DNA of 32,000 bases, taken from assembly GCF_001735745.1 (NCBI RefSeq), contig NZ_CP017260.1, positions 540,001 to 572,000 of the forward strand, written 5' to 3'. The position numbers and the translations under genes were made by a program. Positions 1 through 8,294 of the stretch are shown here, in pieces. Below the pieces are notes generated by a model. It saw nothing but the letters and a program-made list of their open reading frames with translations. It was not told the DNA's origin and did not search any database. Within the stretch, counting starts at the first letter, position 1, and each line of letters begins with the position of its first letter. The DNA is from Formosa sp. Hel1_33_131 (GTDB taxonomy: Bacteria; Bacteroidota; Bacteroidia; Flavobacteriales; Flavobacteriaceae).

Positions 1-3000
1 AGGTATTGATCGACACTACCTTGTATTTTATTTTTAGTATATGAATAAAAAGTTTCCTGAATTACTCCTTGATTGTTTTCATTAAAATCTCTATAAACAT
101 TATTTGTCTTAGATAATAATTGGTTAGAAGTATTATAATTAGACACGCTTAATAATCTCCCGATGGCTGATTTATTATCCTTAACGACATATTTTGTAGA
201 AGAAATTTTAGCATTATTGCCATTAACTGAATATGTACCAGAACTTTCGGTAGGAGTTTTATTTATATATAAAAGACCTAAAGAGTATGAACTATTATCC
301 GTTTTGACTATAGGTTTAAATGTTTCAAAATTATAAACCGTTTTAGAGCTGACTGTATTGTCTGATCCAATTTTTTCTGTTGTAACATACCCATAAGTCA
401 CACCAGGAGGGGGCATTTCGGTGACATATTCAATCTCCTTATCAAATTTAGAAGGCGCATAAGATGTTATTCCTGAAGATCTATAACTAGAACTATTTGG
501 ATCACTACTGTAATTTAAATCATTATAGTAATAATTAGTTTTATAAGATATTGTTCCATCTGTAATAGCAATATCCTTCACCCTAAGCCCACCTCCTTTT
601 CTGTTTTTTTTAGAATCTTTAGCAAATATTTTAAACAAAAATGTTACGGCTGTATCATCCCTACAAGTATCTGGCAAATCTGGAAATTGACCCCTTAATA
701 AATTTTGCATTGTATGATCGGAAAAACCAAGCCCCATAGGCCCTGAACTATATAACCAGTTTAGCCCATCATTATAATTATGAGTATGGCTTAATGAAGT
801 TTCAAAAGTCACCTTAGTATCCGAAACATAGACTACATTAACAAATTCATTCTGTATATCTATACTGCCAGACCTATCTTCACAAAAAGGGTCACGATAC
901 TCATGTAATAACGCAGCCCATATATCAACTTTAACGGGTGCACCTACTTGAAAATAATCGTTGAAATAATTTAAATCTTTACTATCCGTTTTATTTTCTA
1001 TATCAAATCTTAGTTTCCCTTCATGATTATAAAAATTAAATTGAATTCCATCATTATATGTTCTGAAATTCGTTGCAGCTTCTTGATAAAAATCATCAGG
1101 CTCATATGTAATTTCAAATTTTGAACCTAATGGAGTTGAAATATATTTTAAACTTGAGCTTTCAGGGTAATCAGCCGTGAACCCCCAAGAATCTTCATTA
1201 TCACTATTGTATATTGAAACATCATTTAAGTAACTGAACTCATAAGGTGGAATTAAACTTTCTTGTCCCCTTCCTAAAAAGTTTACATTACTTAAAGTAA
1301 GCTTCCCTTTTTGAGCTAACAATGAATTTGGAGAATTTCGCATCGATGGATAGGTTTCGTCATAATGCATTTCAATGTGATTAATTTTAAAATCATTTAT
1401 ATTGGAAAAATTATTAGCAATATCATTAGAGTTTAATACATTATTATAAAACTCGCCTTTCCACTCCTTTAAGCTTCCATTATTTAATAACGGATAATTT
1501 GCATGATATACTTCTCTATAAGCAGTATCATAAACTCTTATCTCTTCTTCAAAATACATTTCACCAATTTCTTTTCCGTTACTTTCTGATGTATAGGTTT
1601 TAATATTAGAAGGTACATCTTCATTTTTAAGAACAAAAATTTCTTTTAGCCTCAATGATTTATGTTTATTGATATTAACATATTCTTTATGCCAAATATT
1701 AGAAAAATAGACCCCAGTAGAAATATTCATAGCATGATTATCATATATGCCTTTAACAAAATATGTTGAACCACTATGCCCTAATACTTGTTTGTCTCCA
1801 TAATTATAAACTCGTGGAGAAGTTAAACTCGCTCCAATGTTAATTTCTACTCCATAATTATCATTTCTATCTTCTTTTACAAATAATGCGGTATGTGTTC
1901 TAGTTTTAATCATATCCAAATAATAAATCTCTTTCACCCCCCATCCATAAGATTTTGATTGATCATTCTTGTGATAAGTTAAATCCTTAGTTGGAGTTCT
2001 CCATGCATATCCATCACTCCATTTTCCATAGTCAAAACGAACCCAATACCCATAATCTCCTTGATTTGGGGAAATATTATCATTACTCATTTTAATATAA
2101 TCGGGACCTGTAATTGCAGTGAGTAGCCAGTGGGTCGCATAAGGAGTAAACTGTTGTTCTTCATAAAACTTATTGTCAATATTATCTTCAAGTTCTGTAG
2201 ATCTAGAAAACATTTCTTTTTGATATACTGGTAAAGAATAATGATAAACAAGACCATCTTTATTAGTCACCCTATAAGCTCCAATACCTTCTAAAGGCTT
2301 ATTAGAACGATTCACTTCATTAGCTTCTATAATTATATTTTGATTATTAATAATTTCACCATTAGTGAATACTTCAATAAAAGGACCATTATTAATTCTT
2401 TGGTTTGCAGAATTATAATTACTGTGAGCGGTACCGTTTATAGAGGTAGTATGATTAGTCTGCTCATTGTCGACATCTATATCCGTTATTAAATTTACAG
2501 ATGAAAAAGTAGGCCAAGAGCCAGAACTTAAGCTCATATATGAAGCATTTATGTTTTCAAAATAAAAATTTATATCATTATTTGGATCATCAACCTGTTT
2601 AGAAAAACTGTTATCATAATAACTAAAAGTAGATTGAGTAGCATAGCTAGTATTATTATGAGCACTAGAGCTTACACGATTATATCTATTTTTAAAAGTC
2701 CCATGCTCAAACAAGTACGGAGTAATAGAGCCACTAAGCCCCTGAGAACTCAAAGTGTAGCTGTCATAAGAAGGTCCTGTAAAATTATTCTCTAATAATT
2801 GTTGATTATCCGCAGTTTTATAAATGGACTGATAAGCATCAACTGACGCATTCGTCGGATTCAAAGAATTTAATATCATTTCATCTGTTTGACCTATATA
2901 CAAAATCCCTAGACAATCATAACTAGCTCTATCATACCACGAATATCTTTGTTTTCTTCTAGAATAGCCGAAATTAAATAATTCAATATTAACGTCAACG

Positions 3001-3770
3001 TAAATTACTGTTCCAATGGTTCTTGTGTGAAGATTGGGAGAAAGACTCCCAGATCCAGATATCTGTAAAGACCCTCCAGCAACTTTCAAATAATGATTTC
3101 CGTTAGAGTTTAGAGTAATGCCCGTACCATCCACTTCCAGTTTAAAACTAAAATCATTCCTTTTATCATAATTAATAGACGCATAAGTATTCTTATAAAT
3201 CGTATATGTATATCCAATACCGCCTTCATTATTGGCTCTTATGCTATGTCGACCAATTGAAAGAGTAGCTCCGTAACTAGTGTCATAAGAAGTTTCTCCT
3301 CCAAATGCTTTATTCACTCTATAAGAAGCAAATAATCCAACAGAAAAATTACTGTTTTTCCAACCAATAGATGCACTTATGTCATGTGTAGTGACTGTGC
3401 CACCAGCATCATATAAAATTGTTGTTTTTTTTCTATTATTCCAGTCATCAGGGTACCCATTCACACTTCTATTGATGGCTCCTGGGTTCAAGCTCCACCC
3501 CAAGCCCACCCAAGAGGCTTCTTGATCCATGGCAATCCCTGCGTGGTAGGACAATGATAAAGGATAGCCCACTTCTGGACCTGGCACATTTAATAAGGGC
3601 AATACATAACTTAAATCGCCTGTTGCTAAGTTCACCATATCCGTGGCATCTACGGGTTCAAAACTGGCGGCTTCAGGAGCATTGGGCCCTTGCGCAGTGC
3701 TCATTTGTATAGTCAATACAAGGAGAACAAAACGGAGGCTGAAGGTTTTTATTTGAGGGTGAATTTTCAT
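1..3770 (-). CDS. Large secreted SpvB/TcdB-N-like protein (Rhs/Tc-toxin-family-like), 5' part only, at least 1256 codons, continues past the left edge
   Basis: Absent from the ORF track. I scanned the minus-strand frame by hand (codons on plus positions 3k..3k+2). No in-frame tta/cta/tca triplet occurs between 3 and 3770. The ATG is at 3770-3768, 4 nt after the upstream gene's stop. Translation begins MKIHPQIKTFSLRFVLLVLTIQMSTAQGPNAPEAASFEPVDATDMVNLATGDLSYVLPLLNVPGPEVGYPLSLSYHAGIAMDQEASWVGLGWSLNPGAINRSVNGYPDDW, i.e. a signal peptide plus an SpvB-like motif. Later motifs are YATHWLLTAITGPDY, GKLTLSNVNFLGRGQESLIPPYEFSY, KGGGLRVKDIAITDG and SSGITSYAPS. The family call rests on remembered motif patterns, not a search. 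Confidence 0.8.
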   Translation of the reverse strand, partial: MKIHPQIKTFSLRFVLLVLTIQMSTAQGPNAPEAASFEPVDATDMVNLATGDLSYVLPLLNVPGPEVGYPLSLSYHAGIAMDQEASWVGLGWSLNPGAINRSVNGYPDDWNNRKKTTILYDAGGTVTTHDISASIGWKNSNFSVGLFASYRVNKAFGGETSYDTSYGATLSIGRHSIRANNEGGIGYTYTIYKNTYASINYDKRNDFSFKLEVDGTGITLNSNGNHYLKVAGGSLQISGSGSLSPNLHTRTIGTVIYVDVNIELFNFGYSRRKQRYSWYDRASYDCLGILYIGQTDEMILNSLNPTNASVDAYQSIYKTADNQQLLENNFTGPSYDSYTLSSQGLSGSITPYLFEHGTFKNRYNRVSSSAHNNTSYATQSTFSYYDNSFSKQVDDPNNDINFYFENINASYMSLSSGSWPTFSSVNLITDIDVDNEQTNHTTSINGTAHSNYNSANQRINNGPFIEVFTNGEIINNQNIIIEANEVNRSNKPLEGIGAYRVTNKDGLVYHYSLPVYQKEMFSRSTELEDNIDNKFYEEQQFTPYATHWLLTAITGPDYIKMSNDNISPNQGDYGYWVRFDYGKWSDGYAWRTPTKDLTYHKNDQSKSYGWGVKEIYYLDMIKTRTHTALFVKEDRNDNYGVEINIGASLTSPRVYNYGDKQVLGHSGSTYFVKGIYDNHAMNISTGVYFSNIWHKEYVNINKHKSLRLKEIFVLKNEDVPSNIKTYTSESNGKEIGEMYFEEEIRVYDTAYREVYHANYPLLNNGSLKEWKGEFYNNVLNSNDIANNFSNINDFKINHIEMHYDETYPSMRNSPNSLLAQKGKLTLSNVNFLGRGQESLIPPYEFSYLNDVSIYNSDNEDSWGFTADYPESSSLKYISTPLGSKFEITYEPDDFYQEAATNFRTYNDGIQFNFYNHEGKLRFDIENKTDSKDLNYFNDYFQVGAPVKVDIWAALLHEYRDPFCEDRSGSIDIQNEFVNVVYVSDTKVTFETSLSHTHNYNDGLNWLYSSGPMGLGFSDHTMQNLLRGQFPDLPDTCRDDTAVTFLFKIFAKDSKKNRKGGGLRVKDIAITDGTISYKTNYYYNDLNYSSDPNSSSYRSSGITSYAPSKFDKEIEYVTEMPPPGVTYGYVTTEKIGSDNTVSSKTVYNFETFKPIVKTDNSSYSLGLLYINKTPTESSGTYSVNGNNAKISSTKYVVKDNKSAIGRLLSVSNYNTSNQLLSKTNNVYRDFNENNQGVIQETFYSYTKNKIQGSVDQY

Positions 3771-3774
3771 AACG

Positions 3775-4434
3775 TTATTCTTTTTGGGTGCATTTGTTGT
3801 TGTAATAGGATACTATTTTTTCGAGGTCCCTTTTTTTAAAGGTTCGGGATTGTATTTTTTTTACCAAACTGGGGCAGTCTTTAAAATAGGCAGAAGCCGC
3901 CTTTTTAAAGTTTTTGCTAAACAATTGGTTTGACCCCAAATGGGTGGCTTCTTTTTGGCCTTCTTTACGGACGTAAAAATTATTGATATTATAGCTGTGC
4001 CCAAATGTAAAACCAACAGACGCCCCACCGCCACCAAAGCCGCCTGCGCCACCTCCAAAATTGTGAGGGCTATGATAGGTTCTACTCAATTCATACAGAC
4101 TTAAATACCCGGTAAGTTTAACTTCCAACACACGTGGTTTCTTTTTGTTTTGTACGCGGATATAGGCATAGGTATGAAATTCGTCGTATTCCTTAATTTT
4201 CACATGTTTTAGGGTTTTAAAAGGGTACTTTTTAGCTTTGGATTTCTTGTTTTTTCTAAACTTCACTCGGTCCTGAGAAATCAATTTCCCAAAGCCTTTT
4301 TTAACCGTTCCATCCTTAAAGGTTAAAATGGCTTCTGAGCGTTGCGCATTCAGGGTTGCAGTGCAAATAAGCAGTGCAACTCCCATTAGGAGGCTTCTTA
4401 AGATTTGGATGTTTGGTTTTATATTCATTTGCAA
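3775..4434 (-). CDS. Hypothetical secreted protein with a Gly-rich segment (FGGGAGGFGGGGAS)
   Basis: 219-aa ORF. N-terminal signal peptide (LLMGVALLICTATLNAQ). 5-nt gap to the upstream gene and 4 nt to the giant ORF. Confidence 0.7.
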   Translation of the reverse strand: MQMNIKPNIQILRSLLMGVALLICTATLNAQRSEAILTFKDGTVKKGFGKLISQDRVKFRKNKKSKAKKYPFKTLKHVKIKEYDEFHTYAYIRVQNKKKPRVLEVKLTGYLSLYELSRTYHSPHNFGGGAGGFGGGGASVGFTFGHSYNINNFYVRKEGQKEATHLGSNQLFSKNFKKAASAYFKDCPSLVKKIQSRTFKKRDLEKIVSYYNNKCTQKE

Positions 4435-4439
4435 TGCCC

Positions 4440-5066
4440 TTACAATTTTAAGGTCGGTTCATTTTTTAATGTTTGAGTCGCTATTTTAAACTTCACTTCG
4501 CCTGTGTATAAGCCCAAATCCTCAATGGTGAAGTTGAGGTAGTCCTGGTTTAGTTTGTCGGCCTCTCTTGGATAGACAAACATCATGGTGGTGGCACGGC
4601 TCATTCCATACATCCGTGGATAGATGTAATCCGCCAGCTCAATGGTGTCTTTCTGTGCTGTAAACAGGTGTACCTTGTCTTGCATTCCAAACGCCAATTG
4701 GTTGACCATGGCTCCAAATTCATTTTGGTTTTTGGGCGCAACACTCAACAATTCCTGGTTGTTTTTGCTCATGCTTAAATTGAAATAGAGGTACTTATGG
4801 TATTTTTCTCTGGATGTTTGCACTTGAGTTTCTGTTGCCGACGCATCGCCTAATTCTTGTTTGACCAACAAATCGGTAGGACGGTACAAGAGGGTGTATT
4901 CGACGCCATTGATCGTTTTGTGGTGTGTGTAACCGTTTTGTTCGTCTTGTATGTACATGAGTAAATCGTCTTCGTTCTCAAACGTTTTATGACCTTGACA
5001 CCCGATGAGGAGCACTCCTAAAAAACTTAGGGTAAGCATTTTTTGAAAGAGGTGTTTTTTAGCCAT
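4440..5066 (-). CDS. Hypothetical lipoprotein
   Basis: 208-aa ORF. Lipobox LLIGC after a hydrophobic leader (MLTLSFLGVLLIGCQG). Tightly packed in the operon. Confidence 0.7.
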   Translation of the reverse strand: MAKKHLFQKMLTLSFLGVLLIGCQGHKTFENEDDLLMYIQDEQNGYTHHKTINGVEYTLLYRPTDLLVKQELGDASATETQVQTSREKYHKYLYFNLSMSKNNQELLSVAPKNQNEFGAMVNQLAFGMQDKVHLFTAQKDTIELADYIYPRMYGMSRATTMMFVYPREADKLNQDYLNFTIEDLGLYTGEVKFKIATQTLKNEPTLKL

Positions 5067-5078
5067 CCGTTTGATTCC

Positions 5079-5741
5079 TTATTGTTTTGGTTCTATCTCC
5101 TCTTCTTCCATTAGCTCAGCTCCCTGTTCTTCCATCAGTTGTTCAAACACAGTGTCCAGTTCTTTTTTCCCGAACAATGCCAGTAATATGTTCTGATCCG
5201 CGATGATAAAGGGATCTTTACGCAACAAGGATTTTAAATCGTCTAAAGTTGCGATTTTTGGCAGCGGAATTTTTTCCACTTTTGGGGCGACTTCTTCTGC
5301 AATGGTCTCAGCATTCGGCTCCATGAGTTCGTCCTCTTTATCGTTGAAAATTGGTGTTTCGAGGTCTTCAATAGTGATGCCTTGTTGTTCCATCTCCCAC
5401 TTATAAGCCACGGTTGAAACCTCGCTATGGAGTTGGGCTTGTTTCTGTAGGAGTTTTGTTCCCAGTGGGCTGCTGTAAAAAGCATACAAGCCTTTCAACT
5501 CCTTTGGGGTGAATTGTTTTTGATAGACGGCTTCAATACCTGTGTAAAGCGACTTTGCTAAAGCGGTGCTGTCTTTCATTTTTTCAGAAGGCGCTACGGA
5601 TTGGAATTGTTGTAAGAACTCCAACCTAGAGTCCATATCGGTTTGATGTAGGAGCTTCACCAGTTGAGAGGCATCGGTTTCCTGTGCCTGCCCCTGAACT
5701 GTGAGGCATAGAATCATTAAAACAAAAAGTGATTTTATCAT
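5079..5741 (-). CDS. DUF2059-like secreted protein with an acidic C-terminal tail
   Basis: 220-aa ORF. Signal peptide MIKSLFVLMILCLTVQGQAQ. The segment YQKQFTPKELKGLYAFYSSPLGTKLL matches the DUF2059 pattern as I remember it. The C-terminus is E-rich (ELMEEEEIEPKQ). Confidence 0.65.
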   Translation of the reverse strand: MIKSLFVLMILCLTVQGQAQETDASQLVKLLHQTDMDSRLEFLQQFQSVAPSEKMKDSTALAKSLYTGIEAVYQKQFTPKELKGLYAFYSSPLGTKLLQKQAQLHSEVSTVAYKWEMEQQGITIEDLETPIFNDKEDELMEPNAETIAEEVAPKVEKIPLPKIATLDDLKSLLRKDPFIIADQNILLALFGKKELDTVFEQLMEEQGAELMEEEEIEPKQ

Positions 5742-5747
5742 AATTAT

Positions 5748-7136
5748 TTAATTTTTTAGATGGACTTCCAAAGCTTCCAATCGCGCTTCTAAGCTTTTGT
5801 TTTTTTGGTGTTGGGCTTCTAACTCTTTTTGTTGCTGGATAGTGTAAAGCGTGAGTTCTTCAATTTTTTGGAGGAGTTTGATGTTCATTTCTGCAAGATG
5901 AATCCCGTTTTCTTCCATTTCTTTAGCCGATGCTATTTCTGGAAGGTGTTTGTTTTTTGTAATAAACTGCTCGACTGTTTTTAATGTTGGTAACTTATAC
6001 GTGTCTTCAAAAACAAAATCTGCACCACCTGCTGTAGCAGTGACTCTCACTTCTCTTGTAGATATATTGCCCTTGACGGTTAATTTATAGCCAGAATCGG
6101 GGGTGTTAGTGCCAATTCCAATATTGCCAGTAGAAATATGAGCAAATAAATATGCTTTCTCTAAAAACTCATTATTTGTATATTCTAGCTGAGGACCACT
6201 ACTATCACGAATAAAGTAAGTGCCCTCATCTTGAAAAACCACCCCTCCCATATCATTATAAGTTCCTCCTGGGCGTACCCATTTTGCGGTAGCTTGATTC
6301 CATTTTGGAGGCCCATAACTACCGGTTAACCAATCGTCTCGTATCCAACTATTTTCAGAAGAAGCACTCGTTGCACCAATAGAGGTTTTTCTTAACTGTA
6401 CTCCGCTATTTACATGTAACTTGTATTGTGGATTTGTTGTTCCAATTCCGACATTGCCAGTTATAATAACTTTATTTCCTATATCGGTAATGATTTTAGC
6501 CCAAGTTCCAGCTCCAAGCCTATTGGTACTTCTAAAATACATTGTAGGAGATGAACTTGAATTTTTAATTGCGATTTGTCCATTATATTTATACGTAGAA
6601 CTATTTGAAACGTGGTTCATGTTTAAGCCCCAAAACCATCCACCTGATTCTGGACCATTTGTAGCATTATAACTTTCATAAAAACCACTTTGCCATATTG
6701 TATTCCAATCTATTGTTCTGTTAGGATCGTTTAACATTAATTTATTACTCAATATATTTCCATTGACGTGGAGTTTCTCGCTTGGAGTTGTTGTTCCAAT
6801 TCCGACATTTCCGGTTGCTCCTACATGAAATAAAGTTGATCCATTTTGGACTGTAGAATTATATCCCTTTTTCCTAACTTGAAAAGCATTTCTGTTTGTA
6901 TTTCCATACATCCAAACTATTGGAGATATTTGATGAGAACCAGAAAGAATACCAAAACCTCCTTGTGATTGGTTTGTAGTATCTGTACCACGTTGATCAC
7001 CAGCAAACTGATATAGTGTTCCAGTACCATCACCAAAAATCATAGCGCCGTTATTTGTAGAGGATGTGTCGTCTAATTGAGCAAATAGTAAAGAAATATT
7101 AAAAATTAAAAGAAGTGTAAGATTTGTTTTTTTCAT
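5748..7136 (-). CDS. Tail-fibre-like repeat protein with a C-terminal coiled coil
   Basis: 462-aa ORF. Signal peptide MKKTNLTLLLIFNISLLFAQ. Three copies of a G-N-[VI]-G-I-G-T-x-x-P...KL-x-V motif (GNVGIGTTTPSEKLHVNGN, GNVGIGTTNPQYKLHVNSG, GNIGIGTNTPDSGYKLTVKGN). The C-terminus reads ADFVFEDTYKLPTLKTVEQFITKNKHLPEI followed by heptad-like LLQKIEELTLYTIQQQKELEAQ. Confidence 0.75.
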   Translation of the reverse strand: MKKTNLTLLLIFNISLLFAQLDDTSSTNNGAMIFGDGTGTLYQFAGDQRGTDTTNQSQGGFGILSGSHQISPIVWMYGNTNRNAFQVRKKGYNSTVQNGSTLFHVGATGNVGIGTTTPSEKLHVNGNILSNKLMLNDPNRTIDWNTIWQSGFYESYNATNGPESGGWFWGLNMNHVSNSSTYKYNGQIAIKNSSSSPTMYFRSTNRLGAGTWAKIITDIGNKVIITGNVGIGTTNPQYKLHVNSGVQLRKTSIGATSASSENSWIRDDWLTGSYGPPKWNQATAKWVRPGGTYNDMGGVVFQDEGTYFIRDSSGPQLEYTNNEFLEKAYLFAHISTGNIGIGTNTPDSGYKLTVKGNISTREVRVTATAGGADFVFEDTYKLPTLKTVEQFITKNKHLPEIASAKEMEENGIHLAEMNIKLLQKIEELTLYTIQQQKELEAQHQKNKSLEARLEALEVHLKN

Positions 7137-7169
7137 AATAAATGGTTTTTAGTTCTGTTTTATTTAAGT

Positions 7170-7610
7170 TTATTGCCCCTCAAATTCCGCATTTAAACCG
7201 TCTAAAACGGTTTGGGTTAAATCGGAGGCCTCGTTGGCATACATGATATTTCCACTGCCGCTGGCTCCAAAAATAATTTGATGCCCTTGCTGTTTACCAT
7301 AGTCCTTCACATAGTCATTAATATCATTGATGACGGTTTGCGTGGCTTTCTTGTCTTCTTCCTGGATTTGTTTTTGAACGGCTTGTTGGTAGTTATTGAT
7401 CTGTTGTTGTTTATTGCCCAACAATTCCTGCTTGAGTTCCAATTCTTTTTTACTCATTTTGGAACGTTCTTTTTCGTAGATTTTCAATTCATTTTGCCAG
7501 TCCACGAGCAGACTGTCCACATTGGCATTGAGAGTTTTGGCTTTTTCTTCAAATTGCGCACGCACTATTTTGGTGCGTTTGTATCCATCCAATAATTTAT
7601 TGACATCCAC
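7170..7610 (-). CDS. skp: OmpH/Skp-family periplasmic chaperone body (GTG-start ORF lacking its signal peptide, possible pseudogene)
   Basis: 146-aa ORF. VDVNKLLDGYKRTKIVRAQFEEKAKTL plus a K/E/Q-rich coiled coil is typical of OmpH. The first codon is GTG, directly preceded by an in-frame TAA (7613-7611). Confidence 0.65.
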   Translation of the reverse strand: MDVNKLLDGYKRTKIVRAQFEEKAKTLNANVDSLLVDWQNELKIYEKERSKMSKKELELKQELLGNKQQQINNYQQAVQKQIQEEDKKATQTVINDINDYVKDYGKQQGHQIIFGASGSGNIMYANEASDLTQTVLDGLNAEFEGQ

Positions 7611-7613
7611 TTA

Positions 7614-7703
7614 CACTTGGTTGGAAGACGATTGTAAATAAAAAAAGGATCCAATGCTGATTAAAAGTGCAGCAATGGCTACAGGGAAGACGAGTTTATT
7701 CAT
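7614..7703 (-). other. Orphan 30-codon signal-peptide ORF in frame with skp, cut off by TAA
   Basis: The reverse complement reads ATG AAT AAA CTC GTC TTC CCT GTA GCC ATT GCT GCA CTT TTA ATC AGC ATT GGA TCC TTT TTT TAT TTA CAA TCG TCT TCC AAC CAA GTG TAA. This translates as MNKLVFPVAIAALLISIGSFFYLQSSSNQV*. It is in the same frame as 7170-7610. Confidence 0.6.
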
Positions 7704-7897
7704 AATTTTTAATAGATTTATTAGGTAGCATAAAACTATTAAAATACTGTTAAATAAAAAAATGGTTGTCTTGTTTTTTAACGTTTAACTAACATTTTAA
7801 CTCATTCTTATCTGATATAAAAAAACGGACATAGTTCCGACTCGTGTTAAAATTTTATATATATTTATCCCATTGTTTCTCATTAATCCCCAAAAAG

Positions 7898-8293
7898 ATG
7901 AAAAAACTGCCTGCTTATAATCTACAAGAAATCCTCATTGTGCTGGTCATTATTGGGATTTTACTGCTGTTGGCATTGCCCAACTTGATGCCCCTCATTA
8001 GCAAAGCCAAAAGTGTGGAAGCGCAACTCCAATTAAGTCACCTCTTCAATTCACAAACCACCTACCGTTATATGAATTCGAAATATTCAATGGACTTAGA
8101 AACCATTGATTTTGAAGCCCCAAAAACCGTAAAAGAAGAGGGGACTTCCAATTACCGCTATGAAATTATAAGTGCCACCAACCACCAATTCAAAGCCCGT
8201 GCGACTGCCATTACTGATTTTGATGGCGATGGAGTGTTTAATGTGTGGGAAATTGACGAAGATGGCAAACCAAAACAAACCGTAAAAGATTAA
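7898..8293 (+). CDS. Type IV pilin / pseudopilin with a class III signal peptide
   Basis: MKKLPA|YNLQEILIVLVIIGILLLLALPNL aligns with the Bacteroidetes prepilin pattern K-A-F-T-L-I-E-L-L-V-V-I-A-I-I-G-I-L, with Glu at +5. I prefer the ATG at 7898 to the GTG at 7844 used in the ORF track. Confidence 0.8.
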   Translation: MKKLPAYNLQEILIVLVIIGILLLLALPNLMPLISKAKSVEAQLQLSHLFNSQTTYRYMNSKYSMDLETIDFEAPKTVKEEGTSNYRYEIISATNHQFKARATAITDFDGDGVFNVWEIDEDGKPKQTVKD

Positions 8294-8294
8294 A

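Noticed and set aside
604-611. A8 homopolymer tracts in the giant ORF (plus-strand T8 at 604-611 and 3425-3432) as slipped-strand phase-variation switches
   Set aside because: Runs of 7-8 A/T are common throughout this AT-rich window, including in intergenic regions and other genes. The frame is intact at both sites and there is no evidence of variability from a single sequence.
7844-7897. N-terminal extension of the pilin ORF (GTG start, MLKFYIYLSHCFSLIPKK)
   Set aside because: The extension would bury the class III signal peptide. The ATG at 7898 gives the canonical short basic leader MKKLPA directly before the hydrophobic helix.
3861-8278. Other nested or antisense ORFs in the track (3861-4058, 5203-5406, 5243-5485, 6421-6672, 7278-7595, 8096-8278)
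   Set aside because: Each lies inside a longer ORF that has a signal peptide or clear family motifs. They are hydrophobic or low-complexity translations without start context.
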